From an uncultured Bacteroidia bacterium (GTDB taxonomy: Bacteria > Bacteroidota > Bacteroidia > Bacteroidales > CAJPTX01): a stretch of 64,000 nucleotides of DNA. The notes under the pieces are model-generated. The model worked only from the letters and a program-made list of their open reading frames with translations. It was not told the DNA's origin and searched no databases. Each line of letters begins with the position of its first letter. The stretch's first letter is position 1. Positions 25,778 through 35,303 of the stretch are shown here, piece by piece. The translations under genes were made by a program, and so were the position numbers. The stretch spans positions 2,481-66,480 of the forward strand of contig CAUUMS010000008.1 of the NCBI GenBank assembly GCA_963546395.1, read 5' to 3'.

Positions 25778-26368
25778 CTACCCGATACGCTCGATCGGGG
25801 TATCACGCAGGGCATTGATGGCCACGACCTGCTCATAACGCTCGAGCTGGCGAATCGGTATGGCTATCGGCACAAGATGCTTCTCGGCCGTATACCGGGC
25901 CCGTTTGGTGCCAGGCAACAATGCATGCTCGGGCGTGAACCACTCCCCCTGCCTTAGCAGCATAAGATTGGCTATGCAGGTGTCTGTAAGAAAGCCCTGA
26001 TGTAAGATTAGCACATCATCGGCCTCGCCTCGCTGGGCATGCACGGCATCGAGTGCCGAGCGATCTGTACGCTTGTGGGAATAGCTCACAGCTGGGCTCT
26101 CCACAGGCTTAAGAGTTGCGTAGCGGCCTGGCGTAAACGGTGAAGCGATGGGCTTCCATCCCGTAGCATCATACTCCAGACGTAAACGCCCAGCCCCATC
26201 GACACCATCTACCCGCTGCGATAGATACTCCTCCACGGCCCTAAGGAGGTTGGTGACATTCGCCCCGGGGCACTGGGTCTGCAACGTATCGGCCATCCGG
26301 GTTATATGCCACTCGCGGTGCTGCGGCTGGCCGTCGGTGAGTGCTATAGTCTCAAAGAACAGGAACAT
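25778..26368 (-). CDS. pabC: aminotransferase class IV family protein (aminodeoxychorismate lyase-like)
   Basis: 196 aa. The N-terminus MFLFFETIALTDGQPQHREWH matches the short Bacteroidales PabC-like family as I remember it. It overlaps the pabB stop. Confidence 0.65.
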   Translation of the reverse strand: MFLFFETIALTDGQPQHREWHITRMADTLQTQCPGANVTNLLRAVEEYLSQRVDGVDGAGRLRLEYDATGWKPIASPFTPGRYATLKPVESPAVSYSHKRTDRSALDAVHAQRGEADDVLILHQGFLTDTCIANLMLLRQGEWFTPEHALLPGTKRARYTAEKHLVPIAIPIRQLERYEQVVAINALRDTPIERIG

Positions 26369-27344
26369 ACACCTTGTTGAGCATCTCCTGGTACTCTCGC
26401 TCCAGCTGACTATTGATCGTAACTCCTCCGCCGCTATGGTAGATTAGCCCCTCTGCTGTCTGCTCAATAAAGCGTATCAGCACGGCAGAGTCAAGCCGTT
26501 CGCCGTCGAAGTAGCCGCACACGCCGGTATAGAATCGCCGTGCACCCAACTCAAGCGACTCGATGTGCTGGTAGGCGAACTCTCGTGGATATCCAAGAAT
26601 GCTTGCCCCCGGGAGCAGATCGGCCAAGAGATGGCCTAACTTCGATCGCCAGTCGGCTCCCACGTGTCCGGCTACCTCACTGCTCACGGCCAAGAGATCC
26701 TTTGCCCCGGTGCGTATACGCTCCACGTAGCGGTAGCGCACGGTTTCAATCTGGGTGGCAATTCTGGACAAATCCTCCCTGAGCATCTGCACGGCCATCG
26801 CATGCTCATCGACCTCCTTGGGATCATTGAGGATACGCTGCTCAGCATCCGGCAAATGGGCCTCGATGGTTCCCTTCATGGGGAATGAGCGTATCGTATC
26901 ATCTGCAATGCGCACGAATGGTTCAGGGGAGAACACTGTGAACAGTCCTGCGACATGCATGCGGTACATCGCCTGCGTGCGATAGAATATATCACGCAAA
27001 GAGAGGTTGCACTCGATACGAGTGGGACAGGTGAAATTGACGTATGTGAGGCTGCCCGCCCGCATGAGATCCATGAGGCGAGTAAAGCGCACTGCGTAGT
27101 CAGCCAACGGGACAGGATGCTTTGCGAGCGTGAATGGCAAGCTGTCTAATGGCTGAGCCGCACTCCCCAAGTTGCTTACTGTGGGGAAAGCGTACAGGAT
27201 GTCATTCTCGTGCGTGCCACAAAGCTCACACACGGCCTTCTCGGCCTTAAAGTCGATGGCGAAAATGAATGGTTTGCGCTCCTCGCCCCACCGATTCATC
27301 CGCTCGATCCACTGCTCCTTACTGCAAAGCAATCCATTACTCAT
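26352..27344 (-). CDS. pabB: aminodeoxychorismate synthase component I (chorismate-binding enzyme)
   Basis: IRSFPMKGT, ...AVSSEVAG... and RRFYTGVCGYFDGERLDSAVLIRFIE motifs of the chorismate-binding family. The track ORF (to 27509) is trimmed because a terminator hairpin lies inside the extension. Confidence 0.75.
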   Translation of the reverse strand: MSNGLLCSKEQWIERMNRWGEERKPFIFAIDFKAEKAVCELCGTHENDILYAFPTVSNLGSAAQPLDSLPFTLAKHPVPLADYAVRFTRLMDLMRAGSLTYVNFTCPTRIECNLSLRDIFYRTQAMYRMHVAGLFTVFSPEPFVRIADDTIRSFPMKGTIEAHLPDAEQRILNDPKEVDEHAMAVQMLREDLSRIATQIETVRYRYVERIRTGAKDLLAVSSEVAGHVGADWRSKLGHLLADLLPGASILGYPREFAYQHIESLELGARRFYTGVCGYFDGERLDSAVLIRFIEQTAEGLIYHSGGGVTINSQLEREYQEMLNKVYVPVL

Positions 27345-27351
27345 AGCGGGG

Positions 27352-27359
27352 CAAAGGTA
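27352..27359 (-). promoter_or_regulatory. candidate -7 box TACCTTTG just upstream of pabB
   Basis: Exact TAnnTTTG but only 7 nt from ATG 27344. This implies either a near-leaderless mRNA or a downstream start. Confidence 0.35.
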
Positions 27360-27506
27360 GTGCAAGAACACGTTCATTGTCCCTTTAAAGGCTCGCCATT
27401 TTTCACGCCTATATGTGCCGTATCTCGGCGCTAACCATGAATTGCGCAGAGAACACCCCATAGGCAAACCTAGTGGAGCCGGTAACCCGATGGTCCCTGC
27501 GCACGA

Positions 27507-27550
27507 CAAAAGAGGGGCTCGCGGTGCTAAGCACCGCGAGCCCCTCTTTC
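27507..27550 (-). terminator. intrinsic terminator of the T9SS cargo gene
   Basis: Perfect 17-bp stem AGAGGGGCTCGCGGTGC-TTA-GCACCGCGAGCCCCTCT followed by TTTG on the minus strand, about 35 nt after the stop at 27584. Confidence 0.8.
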
Positions 27551-27583
27551 CGTGAGCCCTGAAGGGTTTTACATCAGAACTGT

Positions 27584-30500
27584 CTACAGGCGCACGACTC
27601 GGCGCACTGTGGTTGTACCATCGACGAACTGCACTCGCAGCAAGTACACCCCTGAGGGGATGTTACCTACCCGTACAGTGCCATCGCCCCAGGGCTGCTG
27701 TAGCAGCACCTGACCACTCACCGTGAACAGTTGCACCCTCGTTGCACCAGTAGCATTCACGCGCAGCACATCGGCGAAGGGGTTAGGATGAACATCCACC
27801 GGGTGAGCATTCTCAACCGACGTGATATTGTCGGAAACGAATATCGCCTTAATGGTGGTGTTGTCCTTCACAACCCAGGTGAACTTATCGTTGCTCTCGC
27901 GAACGGTGTCCACATTCTTAGTTGTGGCGATGATCCCTTGCAGGCGAGCACCTCTCCCGGGGGTAGGCTCCATGGTCAATTCTGTCCCTGCCGTCACAAG
28001 CATACCATCGAAAATGGCATTGCCACCATCCATAACGGACAACTGTCCATCCCCTTCCACGAGGATATACACGTTGAACATTTCGGCATCACGGCGTTCG
28101 AACGTCGCACGCAGAGTCACATTTGCCGGAGGCATCACGAATGCCCCACCATCGATGGTCACCCACTCGCTCGTACCCTCAGCTTGGTACGCAAGGCTAC
28201 CCTCTACGAATGCGTAGCCCGGCTTACGTGTGTAGTCCACCGTGACCTTCTCATCCACAAAGGGCTTAATATTGCTCGGTTGCAAATTACCGCCCTCTAT
28301 CCCCTCGAGGATGCGCACCTCATACTTCTTCGGCCTGAATGTCCCGCGCACGTCGATAGAGTAGTTCGGCATCTTCCCAAGGATCACCTTGTCCCCCTGC
28401 GGAGTCAAATCATCGGTGCGCCACAGGCTCTGCCCGCGCTGCGTGTACTGTATCGAGCCGAAATCGAAATCGTAACCCGGATCCGCCCGCTTCACCGTGA
28501 ACGTGATCGGGGTGTTAGCGATGACATTCGCCCATGGATCAGCCGCTATCTCGCCGTGCTCCAGCTTCATCACGAAGACGCTATTTCCCGTCGGAGTCAC
28601 ATCCGCAGTAACCTCTACGCTAGCATCAGGCATAGTGAATTGGCGGTTGGTGATGGGGTGCCAGATCCCAGGAGCAGCCCCACGAGGCAGCTCTCGGTAG
28701 CGGGCCGTATTCCAGGCCACCTCCCAGTGTGGATCCATTGGATCTACCCCGTAGGAGAGTCGCACCGGATGACCTACCGGTACATTCGACACGATGTCGG
28801 CCGTCATACGCCCGTGCGCTATCGTGAAGATGATGTTATTCCCCGTGGAGTTGAATTCGGCCGTTAGCTCTACGTCCGCATCCGGCATGGTGAACTCATA
28901 CTCGTTGGTGCCCACCTTCTGGAGCGACTGAGGCGAACCGCTGGGTAGCACCCTAAATTTGAGCGACGTGGGCCGTAGCTCGTAGTCGGCATCAGGTGTC
29001 GGAACCACCTTCACCCGCATGTCCGCCGGCACGTTGTTCATGCGTGGCTGCACTGTGAGCGTACCGTGCTCGACCGTATTGGAGATGGTGATGCTATGCC
29101 CCGAGGCCTCAAAGGCACCTCGGATCTCGATATCGTAGCAAGGCATCCTGAACGAGCGCACACGTGGATCGATGGGTACGGGTGCCGCTCCAGGCTTATT
29201 CGCCTCCACGTACTCCAGTACGCGGGCCACATAGCCGATCTCCGGAGCGAGAGAAAGCGTAACCACAGCCCCCGTCTTCACATTGGTCACCCCTGGCGAT
29301 TCCACACGAATAGTACCGCCATTAGCAGGCTGTTTCACCGTGATAGTGTGATCGGTAGGCTCGAATTCAGCCGTCAGCACCACCGACTCGTTGGGCATGT
29401 TGAACTTCCACTCCTTCTCCTCACCAGTAGGAGTAGAAATCGGCGTGCCAGGGGCCGTTTCCGGCTCAGAGGCCTTGCGGTACCGCAGGGTTCCAGCCTT
29501 GTAGGTAAACCCGCAATCCTCAGCCACCTTCACCTTCACCTCGGCACCCGCCGTCAGATTGTTGTTCTTATCGGGCGTAAGCGTGCCACCATCCAGATTC
29601 TCCACGGTAACCGAGAGACCTGCTGTCAACTCAAACTCACAGCATAGCTCCACGTCATTGTTTGGCATCACGAACGTACCACCATCCGCGATGGCTGTGC
29701 CATTCCACTTCAGCGTGCCCGCCTTCAGCACATACGGCTTACCACCAGGCCCAGGCGCTGCCTGCGGACGAGCATTCACAATGATCCTATCCCCCGTGCG
29801 GAATGGGCCACTGGCCGGTATCGTCACGATGTCCCCGTTCGTCATGCTCGAGCACTTCGTAATCTTATGCACCTTCCCCACAAAGCGGGCGAACACCTTA
29901 ACGCTGTAAGCCGGCATCTGGAATGTGTTTGATGGGTCGGTAATCGGCACAAAATCTGCCGTTGGGTCATCCAACTGTTGGTAGCGCAGCGAGCCCGGCT
30001 CTAGTTCGTAGCCGCTCATCGGGGCCACCACAAGCTGCACCTGCGTACCAGCCTCTACGTTTTCTTTCGGCGCAGCCGTCAGCGTGCCCTGCCCCTCAGG
30101 TGCGCACACCACCTTCAGCTTCTCCGGCTCGAACTCACCCGTGATGGTAACATCGTCATCAGGCATCTCAAACTTCATGTCCTGAATATTCTGAGCACTG
30201 CCCGCTTGCGTGTCCTTCTTGAACTTCAGGCTCCCCTCCTTGAACGAGTACCCTGGATGCGGTGTCACCTTCACCTTCACGGTGTAGCCCTTGTCACACA
30301 CCCCGAGCGGCGGATCGATTATCTCTATCGTCCCATGCGGAGAGCTACCCACCGTCGCCACGTAGGCATCCAGACTGAGGTTGTACCACTTATTCGTGGT
30401 GTTGTCGTACCCCTTATCGGCCTTGTACAATGCTTTCGCCTGCTCACGCTCGGCACCCCGCTTCAGCGGTATGCCATCCTCGCCCAGGAAGGCCAGGAAA

Positions 30501-32167
30501 CGAGGCTTATTGTCAATGACCCTTTGCTTGGGATCCTTAAAGACGTTGATATTCGCCTCGGGCACAGCCTTAGCGGGCAGACCCAGCACAGAGAAGGCAT
30601 CTGCATGGTACACACCCAGCAAGCTCTGCTCGCCCAAACGCTTCGCAGACGGGAGCAGGATGCTCGTCGCTCGGTACGCACCCCTAAAGAATCGTGGCGG
30701 AACCTTCTCCACACCCCACAACAAATACCGGGAAAGCTTGCGCCATTCATTGGAAAACCATGTCCAGCCGATTAGTCTAGGCATAAAGCACTTGACTCCC
30801 TTGTGAATGGTAAAGTCGGTCATGTTTCGGAATAATACGATATACCTCCAATCCATCGGCCGGAACTCACCCTCTATAACCTCTACACGCTCAGCCAACT
30901 CCCACAGCGTAGTCTCCCCGGGATGGCTCTTGGTGTACGCACTAACGATACCATCGATACTATACCCCTCCAACTCTATGGTACCATTGACTCTAATCTT
31001 TAGCCTATTCAACTCAATGTCGGCACGCACCAACACCTCGGCATCGGGCATGGTGAACACCTGGTTCGCCGGATCTATATCTTTCTCCTTCTTGACCCCG
31101 CCCTCGGTGTACTCAATCCACAGTCGCTTGATTCGCCATGTCCAGTCGGGCTCCACCACAAGCTGCACCTGCTCGCCCGCCATGGCCATATGCGACGGCA
31201 CCGAGAACGACGGGAAATTCGCTGTATGCTGAATAGCAGCAAAGCGGATGGGGTGAATCTTAGCATCCTTCGCCTCATTCCCCTGGAGCCCTATCACGTA
31301 CCAGCCACACCACTTGCCATCCTTAAAATTCTTCGTGTCATTCTTATACTTAGCAGCCGCATTCATCAGCGGGCCACCCTGGAGGGGCTGCCCTTGCTCA
31401 TCCACAATGCGGAGGTAGCGCGAGGTGGGACACCCCTCGAATATAGCCTCTCGAGCACCATCGGGCACCGTCGTCCCTAGCTCGAGAAGCGAAAAATTCT
31501 CGCATCCCTGAAAGTGCTGCCCCTGCTCCTTGAGATCCGTCAACTTGGGCGCCGTGAAGCGCACCATGTTCCGGCATCCCTGGAATGCGTTAGAGCCCAT
31601 TGTCTTGAACTTGAGGAACTTGGCCTCATGCAGGCTATACCTATCCGATGCCGCAAAAGCCTCCTCACCGCACTTCTCCATGTCGGGGAAATCGAGTGCT
31701 TGCAATCCGCCGTAGAACGCAAATCGCGATACGTACTTGAGCTTGCTAACCTTACAGATGGAGAGATAGTTCGACCCCAGTCTTCCTTCCGACTTATTCG
31801 TCACCAGCGGATCAGGCATATCCTGCACACTCGTCACCGTAGGCAAAACGGTGAACTCATACAGGTTCAGCACGCGTCCCTTGGCCCCATTCCTATTGCG
31901 GAGCCAAAGCCAATCATCCGTCCGAATACGACCCGTCTGCACCTCAATGCGTGAGACAAGATGGAGCTTGCGCTTCTTGTACATGTCATCAAACGCATCT
32001 TGCAACGTGTTCCCCGAGAAATTGATCCACTGCACGTGCCCCGGCTTCCCCTCAACGGGGGTCTGATACCTACCGGCAACCTGCCCCAGGCCCACCCTAG
32101 CACCTGCGAGCAAGATGGCTCCCAGCAATGCGAGCCCCACAAATCTCCGCATAACGTGTTTCATCAC
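27584..32167 (-). CDS. T9SS-secreted surface protein: BspA-type LRR modules plus 11 Ig-like (InlB B-repeat-like) modules plus Por C-terminal sorting domain
   Basis: 1527 aa with a signal peptide (RFVGLALLGAILLAGARVGLGQ). Two LRR_5-like blocks lie at about aa 140-250 and 470-545. The repeated ~85-aa modules each end in F-x-MP-x3-V-x-[LIV]-x-[AG]-x-F. The C-terminus ...HPNPFADVLRV...IPSGVYLLRVQFVDGTTTVRRVVRL is a typical T9SS CTD. Confidence 0.85.
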   Translation of the reverse strand: MMKHVMRRFVGLALLGAILLAGARVGLGQVAGRYQTPVEGKPGHVQWINFSGNTLQDAFDDMYKKRKLHLVSRIEVQTGRIRTDDWLWLRNRNGAKGRVLNLYEFTVLPTVTSVQDMPDPLVTNKSEGRLGSNYLSICKVSKLKYVSRFAFYGGLQALDFPDMEKCGEEAFAASDRYSLHEAKFLKFKTMGSNAFQGCRNMVRFTAPKLTDLKEQGQHFQGCENFSLLELGTTVPDGAREAIFEGCPTSRYLRIVDEQGQPLQGGPLMNAAAKYKNDTKNFKDGKWCGWYVIGLQGNEAKDAKIHPIRFAAIQHTANFPSFSVPSHMAMAGEQVQLVVEPDWTWRIKRLWIEYTEGGVKKEKDIDPANQVFTMPDAEVLVRADIELNRLKIRVNGTIELEGYSIDGIVSAYTKSHPGETTLWELAERVEVIEGEFRPMDWRYIVLFRNMTDFTIHKGVKCFMPRLIGWTWFSNEWRKLSRYLLWGVEKVPPRFFRGAYRATSILLPSAKRLGEQSLLGVYHADAFSVLGLPAKAVPEANINVFKDPKQRVIDNKPRFLAFLGEDGIPLKRGAEREQAKALYKADKGYDNTTNKWYNLSLDAYVATVGSSPHGTIEIIDPPLGVCDKGYTVKVKVTPHPGYSFKEGSLKFKKDTQAGSAQNIQDMKFEMPDDDVTITGEFEPEKLKVVCAPEGQGTLTAAPKENVEAGTQVQLVVAPMSGYELEPGSLRYQQLDDPTADFVPITDPSNTFQMPAYSVKVFARFVGKVHKITKCSSMTNGDIVTIPASGPFRTGDRIIVNARPQAAPGPGGKPYVLKAGTLKWNGTAIADGGTFVMPNNDVELCCEFELTAGLSVTVENLDGGTLTPDKNNNLTAGAEVKVKVAEDCGFTYKAGTLRYRKASEPETAPGTPISTPTGEEKEWKFNMPNESVVLTAEFEPTDHTITVKQPANGGTIRVESPGVTNVKTGAVVTLSLAPEIGYVARVLEYVEANKPGAAPVPIDPRVRSFRMPCYDIEIRGAFEASGHSITISNTVEHGTLTVQPRMNNVPADMRVKVVPTPDADYELRPTSLKFRVLPSGSPQSLQKVGTNEYEFTMPDADVELTAEFNSTGNNIIFTIAHGRMTADIVSNVPVGHPVRLSYGVDPMDPHWEVAWNTARYRELPRGAAPGIWHPITNRQFTMPDASVEVTADVTPTGNSVFVMKLEHGEIAADPWANVIANTPITFTVKRADPGYDFDFGSIQYTQRGQSLWRTDDLTPQGDKVILGKMPNYSIDVRGTFRPKKYEVRILEGIEGGNLQPSNIKPFVDEKVTVDYTRKPGYAFVEGSLAYQAEGTSEWVTIDGGAFVMPPANVTLRATFERRDAEMFNVYILVEGDGQLSVMDGGNAIFDGMLVTAGTELTMEPTPGRGARLQGIIATTKNVDTVRESNDKFTWVVKDNTTIKAIFVSDNITSVENAHPVDVHPNPFADVLRVNATGATRVQLFTVSGQVLLQQPWGDGTVRVGNIPSGVYLLRVQFVDGTTTVRRVVRL
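27587..27832 (-). other. region encoding the T9SS C-terminal sorting domain (CTD)
   Basis: The last 82 aa are DNITSVENAHPVDVHPNPFADVLRVNATGATRVQLFTVSGQVLLQQPWGDGTVRVGNIPSGVYLLRVQFVDGTTTVRRVVRL. Confidence 0.8.
27833..30361 (-). repeat. tandem array of ten ~85-aa protein-level modules (divergent at DNA level)
   Basis: Module ends read GEFEP, ARFVG, CEFEL, AEFEP, GAFEA, AEFNS, ADVTP, GTFRP, ATFER and AIFVS. An eleventh module (aa ~310-385) lies between the LRR blocks. Confidence 0.7.
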
Positions 32168-32431
32168 TATTCGTCGCTTATCGGCCTATCTGTTTCACAA
32201 GTACACTCCTTACCTCCATTCACACACACCAAGTGCACCCCCACGCAGGGACTGCACCTCGGACGTGCTCCCGGGGAGGCATCTCACGATCCCCTACACA
32301 TCCCCTTGCACACTATACGTGTGCTGCCTAAAGATTGTTACCACTCCGTCCCCCGCTAATTGACGGAGGTCGTCTAAGCTGGGGTGTACGTCGTGCTATG
32401 TCGTGTCACGCACGCATTAGTTGGAGCACTC

Positions 32432-33349
32432 TCACTCCCAGCGGGTCCTATCTACCCGTCCTTCCACTCTCGCCTCTAGCGAATCGGGCAGCAACGGGAA
32501 GAAATCGAGCCCCGTGAACCGCTCCAGACTATCCACTGAAATCATAAATGCGTTTGGCTCCTTAAGGGATGCCATGTGCGGTATGGCGTAGGCCACTGCC
32601 TGCCACTCATTGCCGTGGCGCACCAGCAAGGCCTTGTAAAAATGGGTTGGCACCGCAATGGGCGGATACCCGATGTGCCCCCTATCGCCCTGGTGAAAGT
32701 AGGGCCCCGTGGCCACGTACACCTCATCGCCACGCATGGCGATGCGCCGCACCCGCTCCTCGAGCTTTTTCCAAATGCCACGATTGAAGTTGGGCAGCTG
32801 CGGTGAAATGTTGGTGAAATAGTAGCTCTCACGCATGGCCTGTGAGCTCCCCACCATGTCGCCTGCCGGGGCTAGATGCCCCTTGTCATAGCCTGAGTGA
32901 CGGTAGTCGTCATTGTTCACCGTGGGGTTACGCACCGCAGGGTCAGGCTTAAAGCGTCCCGCCTCTCGCGTCACCACCTTCAGCAGCTTATCCTGCGTCA
33001 GGCGGTAAGCCACCCATCGGGCCTGCTGCCACTCGGGCGAGTACGCCACCGTGTAGGCCGCATGGTAGATCTTCTGGCACTCGGCTCCTTCGCCCAGGGG
33101 CTCTTCCAGGTAGCGCAAACTGGCCAGCACCTCGGGTGCTGCCGTCTGCTGCGCCCCATCCCATGTGGAAGTTTGAGCGGAAGCGGTAGACTCTCCCGTC
33201 CAGGTGAGCGGCCTGCCTAGGACAAAGTTCGTGCCATACTGCTCGAACTTTTGGCGTCCCTCGCTCAGGCCCACCATGAGCTGAACGCAGCCCAGGCAAG
33301 CCACAGAGCATATGGCAGCCACAAACACCGCTCCCCGCAGGCGTAACAT
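32432..33349 (-). CDS. secreted DNA/RNA non-specific endonuclease (NucA/EndoG family)
   Basis: N-terminal signal/anchor VFVAAICSVACLGCV and an active-site region YRHSGYDKGHLAPAGDM followed by NISPQLPNFNRGIWKKLE. Confidence 0.85.
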   Translation of the reverse strand: MLRLRGAVFVAAICSVACLGCVQLMVGLSEGRQKFEQYGTNFVLGRPLTWTGESTASAQTSTWDGAQQTAAPEVLASLRYLEEPLGEGAECQKIYHAAYTVAYSPEWQQARWVAYRLTQDKLLKVVTREAGRFKPDPAVRNPTVNNDDYRHSGYDKGHLAPAGDMVGSSQAMRESYYFTNISPQLPNFNRGIWKKLEERVRRIAMRGDEVYVATGPYFHQGDRGHIGYPPIAVPTHFYKALLVRHGNEWQAVAYAIPHMASLKEPNAFMISVDSLERFTGLDFFPLLPDSLEARVEGRVDRTRWE

Positions 33350-33367
33350 GGCGCAAGCGTGCCTAGG

Positions 33368-35242
33368 CTACCTGCGATTGGCCCGTTGCTGCTGCTCCTT
33401 CTGCATCCGCTCCAGCCGCTCCAAAAAGCGCGACTTCTTGGCCGGCTTCTGGGCATTGCTCTGCAAGCGCAGGAAGAGCGCCTTCTCGTCTATCGTCCGC
33501 CGAATAATCAGCGTCTGAGCTATCGTAATCAGGTTGGCCAGGAAGTAGTAGTAGCTCAGCCCAGCCGAGTAGTCGTTGAACCACACCAGCATCATAATGG
33601 GCATCAGGTAGAGCATCATGAACTGCATGCTCTTCATCTGCCCACCCATATTGGCCGACTGCTTGAAGCTCATCAGCGATGTCACCAGCAGAGCTGCGGC
33701 CATCAGCAGCGTGAACAGGCTCACATGATCCCCGTAGAACGGGATGTTGAACGGCAAATTCAGCACCGAGTCATAGCTCGAGAGGTCATCGGCCCAGAGG
33801 AATGGTTCCTGCCGCAGCTCAAAGGAGGCGGGAAAGAAACGGAACATGGCAATCAGTATGGGGAACTGAATCAGCATTGGCAGACACCCGCCCAGCGGGC
33901 TAACCCCAGCCCGCTTGTAGAGCCCCATAATTGCCTGCTGCTTCTTCAGGGCATCCTCCTGCCGCGGGTACTTCTGGCTCAGCTCATCCACCATGGGTTT
34001 TAGCACCCGCATCTTAGCCTGGCTGGCATACGACTTGTACGTCAGTGGGAAAAGTGCAGCCTTAATCAGCAGCGTGAGCAGCAAAATGATGATCCCGTAG
34101 CTGTTAACCGCCCGACTCAGCCAGTCAAAGACGTTGATCACCACGTACTTGTTAATCCAGCCAACCAACCATCCCCCCAGCGGCACCACGGCCTCATACC
34201 CCTGCCCATAGCTCCGGAGCGTCTTGTAGAGGTTGGGCCCCAGGTACAGCTCCAGCGCATGCGTCTCGTGGGCCTTCCCTTGGTAGGGTAGCATCAGCAG
34301 GGCCGAGAAATCCTTCAGGCAACCGGCCTCAGGACTCGTGGCCAGGGTGAATTCCGCCTGCCGAAATGAGCCCTCACCGTCCCCCTCATCCTGCTTGGCA
34401 CGTAGTATGGCCGAGAAGAATTGCTCCTTGAAAGCTACCCATTTCAGCCCCGTGGAGACGGTCTCCCGCACCAGCTCGTCTTTCTGGTGTATCTCCTCGT
34501 AGTCCCCATTAAATGCCTGGTAGGCGAGTAGCGTGTACTCGCTCTCCTTTTTGGCCCCTTTCTCCTGCTGCGGCGTTCGCATCGCCCACTCCAGATCCAG
34601 ATACTGCTGGTTGGCTGCAATGTGCGAACGCATATTGTGCAACGCTATGGTCAGGCCCACAGCGTACTCGCCGTAGGGTAGCGTGTAGACGTACTCGATG
34701 TACGCATCGGCCCCAGCCCACAGGCGCATGGCTAGGCGAGCCGTATCCCCAGGCTTTTCTGCCTTCAGCTGCGACTGCGCCAGCTGTGGCTCAAAGAGTG
34801 CATTATTGGTGGAGATCGCCGCTTGCTGCGACCAGAATCGGAGCCCAAAGGCATTGCCCTGGCCACGGAATATCCGCAATGAGTCGCCGTAATACGTGCT
34901 GTACTCGCGCAAGGTTGCCGATGAAATGCGCCCACCCCGGGTATCTATCCCCAGCTGTAGCACATCGTTCCCCAGCGTCAGGGTCTGCTCCGCTATCGGT
35001 GTCGCCAGGCTATCGGGCAGCAAGGTCCCCATCTGCGCCAACGATTGCGCGCTGTCCTGCTCAGCCTTATGGCGAAGCATCTCGGCCTCTTCCTCTGCCT
35101 TCCTTGAGGCCTCCACGGCAGCCAGCGAATCCCTCTGGCGCTGAGCCGCGGCCAGCTCTGCCTCCGAGGGGCGATTGAAGTAGGAGAACGCTATGACAAT
35201 AGCGAAGATGAGGACGAGTCCGAGTATCGATTTTTTATCCAT
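33368..35242 (-). CDS. yidC: membrane protein insertase YidC (long Bacteroidota form)
   Basis: 624 aa with an N-terminal TM helix, a large periplasmic domain and the insertase core ...YGIIILLLTLLIKAALFPL...PLGGCLPMLIQFPILIAMF.... Confidence 0.9.
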   Translation of the reverse strand: MDKKSILGLVLIFAIVIAFSYFNRPSEAELAAAQRQRDSLAAVEASRKAEEEAEMLRHKAEQDSAQSLAQMGTLLPDSLATPIAEQTLTLGNDVLQLGIDTRGGRISSATLREYSTYYGDSLRIFRGQGNAFGLRFWSQQAAISTNNALFEPQLAQSQLKAEKPGDTARLAMRLWAGADAYIEYVYTLPYGEYAVGLTIALHNMRSHIAANQQYLDLEWAMRTPQQEKGAKKESEYTLLAYQAFNGDYEEIHQKDELVRETVSTGLKWVAFKEQFFSAILRAKQDEGDGEGSFRQAEFTLATSPEAGCLKDFSALLMLPYQGKAHETHALELYLGPNLYKTLRSYGQGYEAVVPLGGWLVGWINKYVVINVFDWLSRAVNSYGIIILLLTLLIKAALFPLTYKSYASQAKMRVLKPMVDELSQKYPRQEDALKKQQAIMGLYKRAGVSPLGGCLPMLIQFPILIAMFRFFPASFELRQEPFLWADDLSSYDSVLNLPFNIPFYGDHVSLFTLLMAAALLVTSLMSFKQSANMGGQMKSMQFMMLYLMPIMMLVWFNDYSAGLSYYYFLANLITIAQTLIIRRTIDEKALFLRLQSNAQKPAKKSRFLERLERMQKEQQQRANRR

Positions 35243-35303
35243 GCCGTGTAAACATACTCCGCCCGCAGGCGGGATAACAATGAAGGCCCTTGCCGTCTAC
35301 CCT

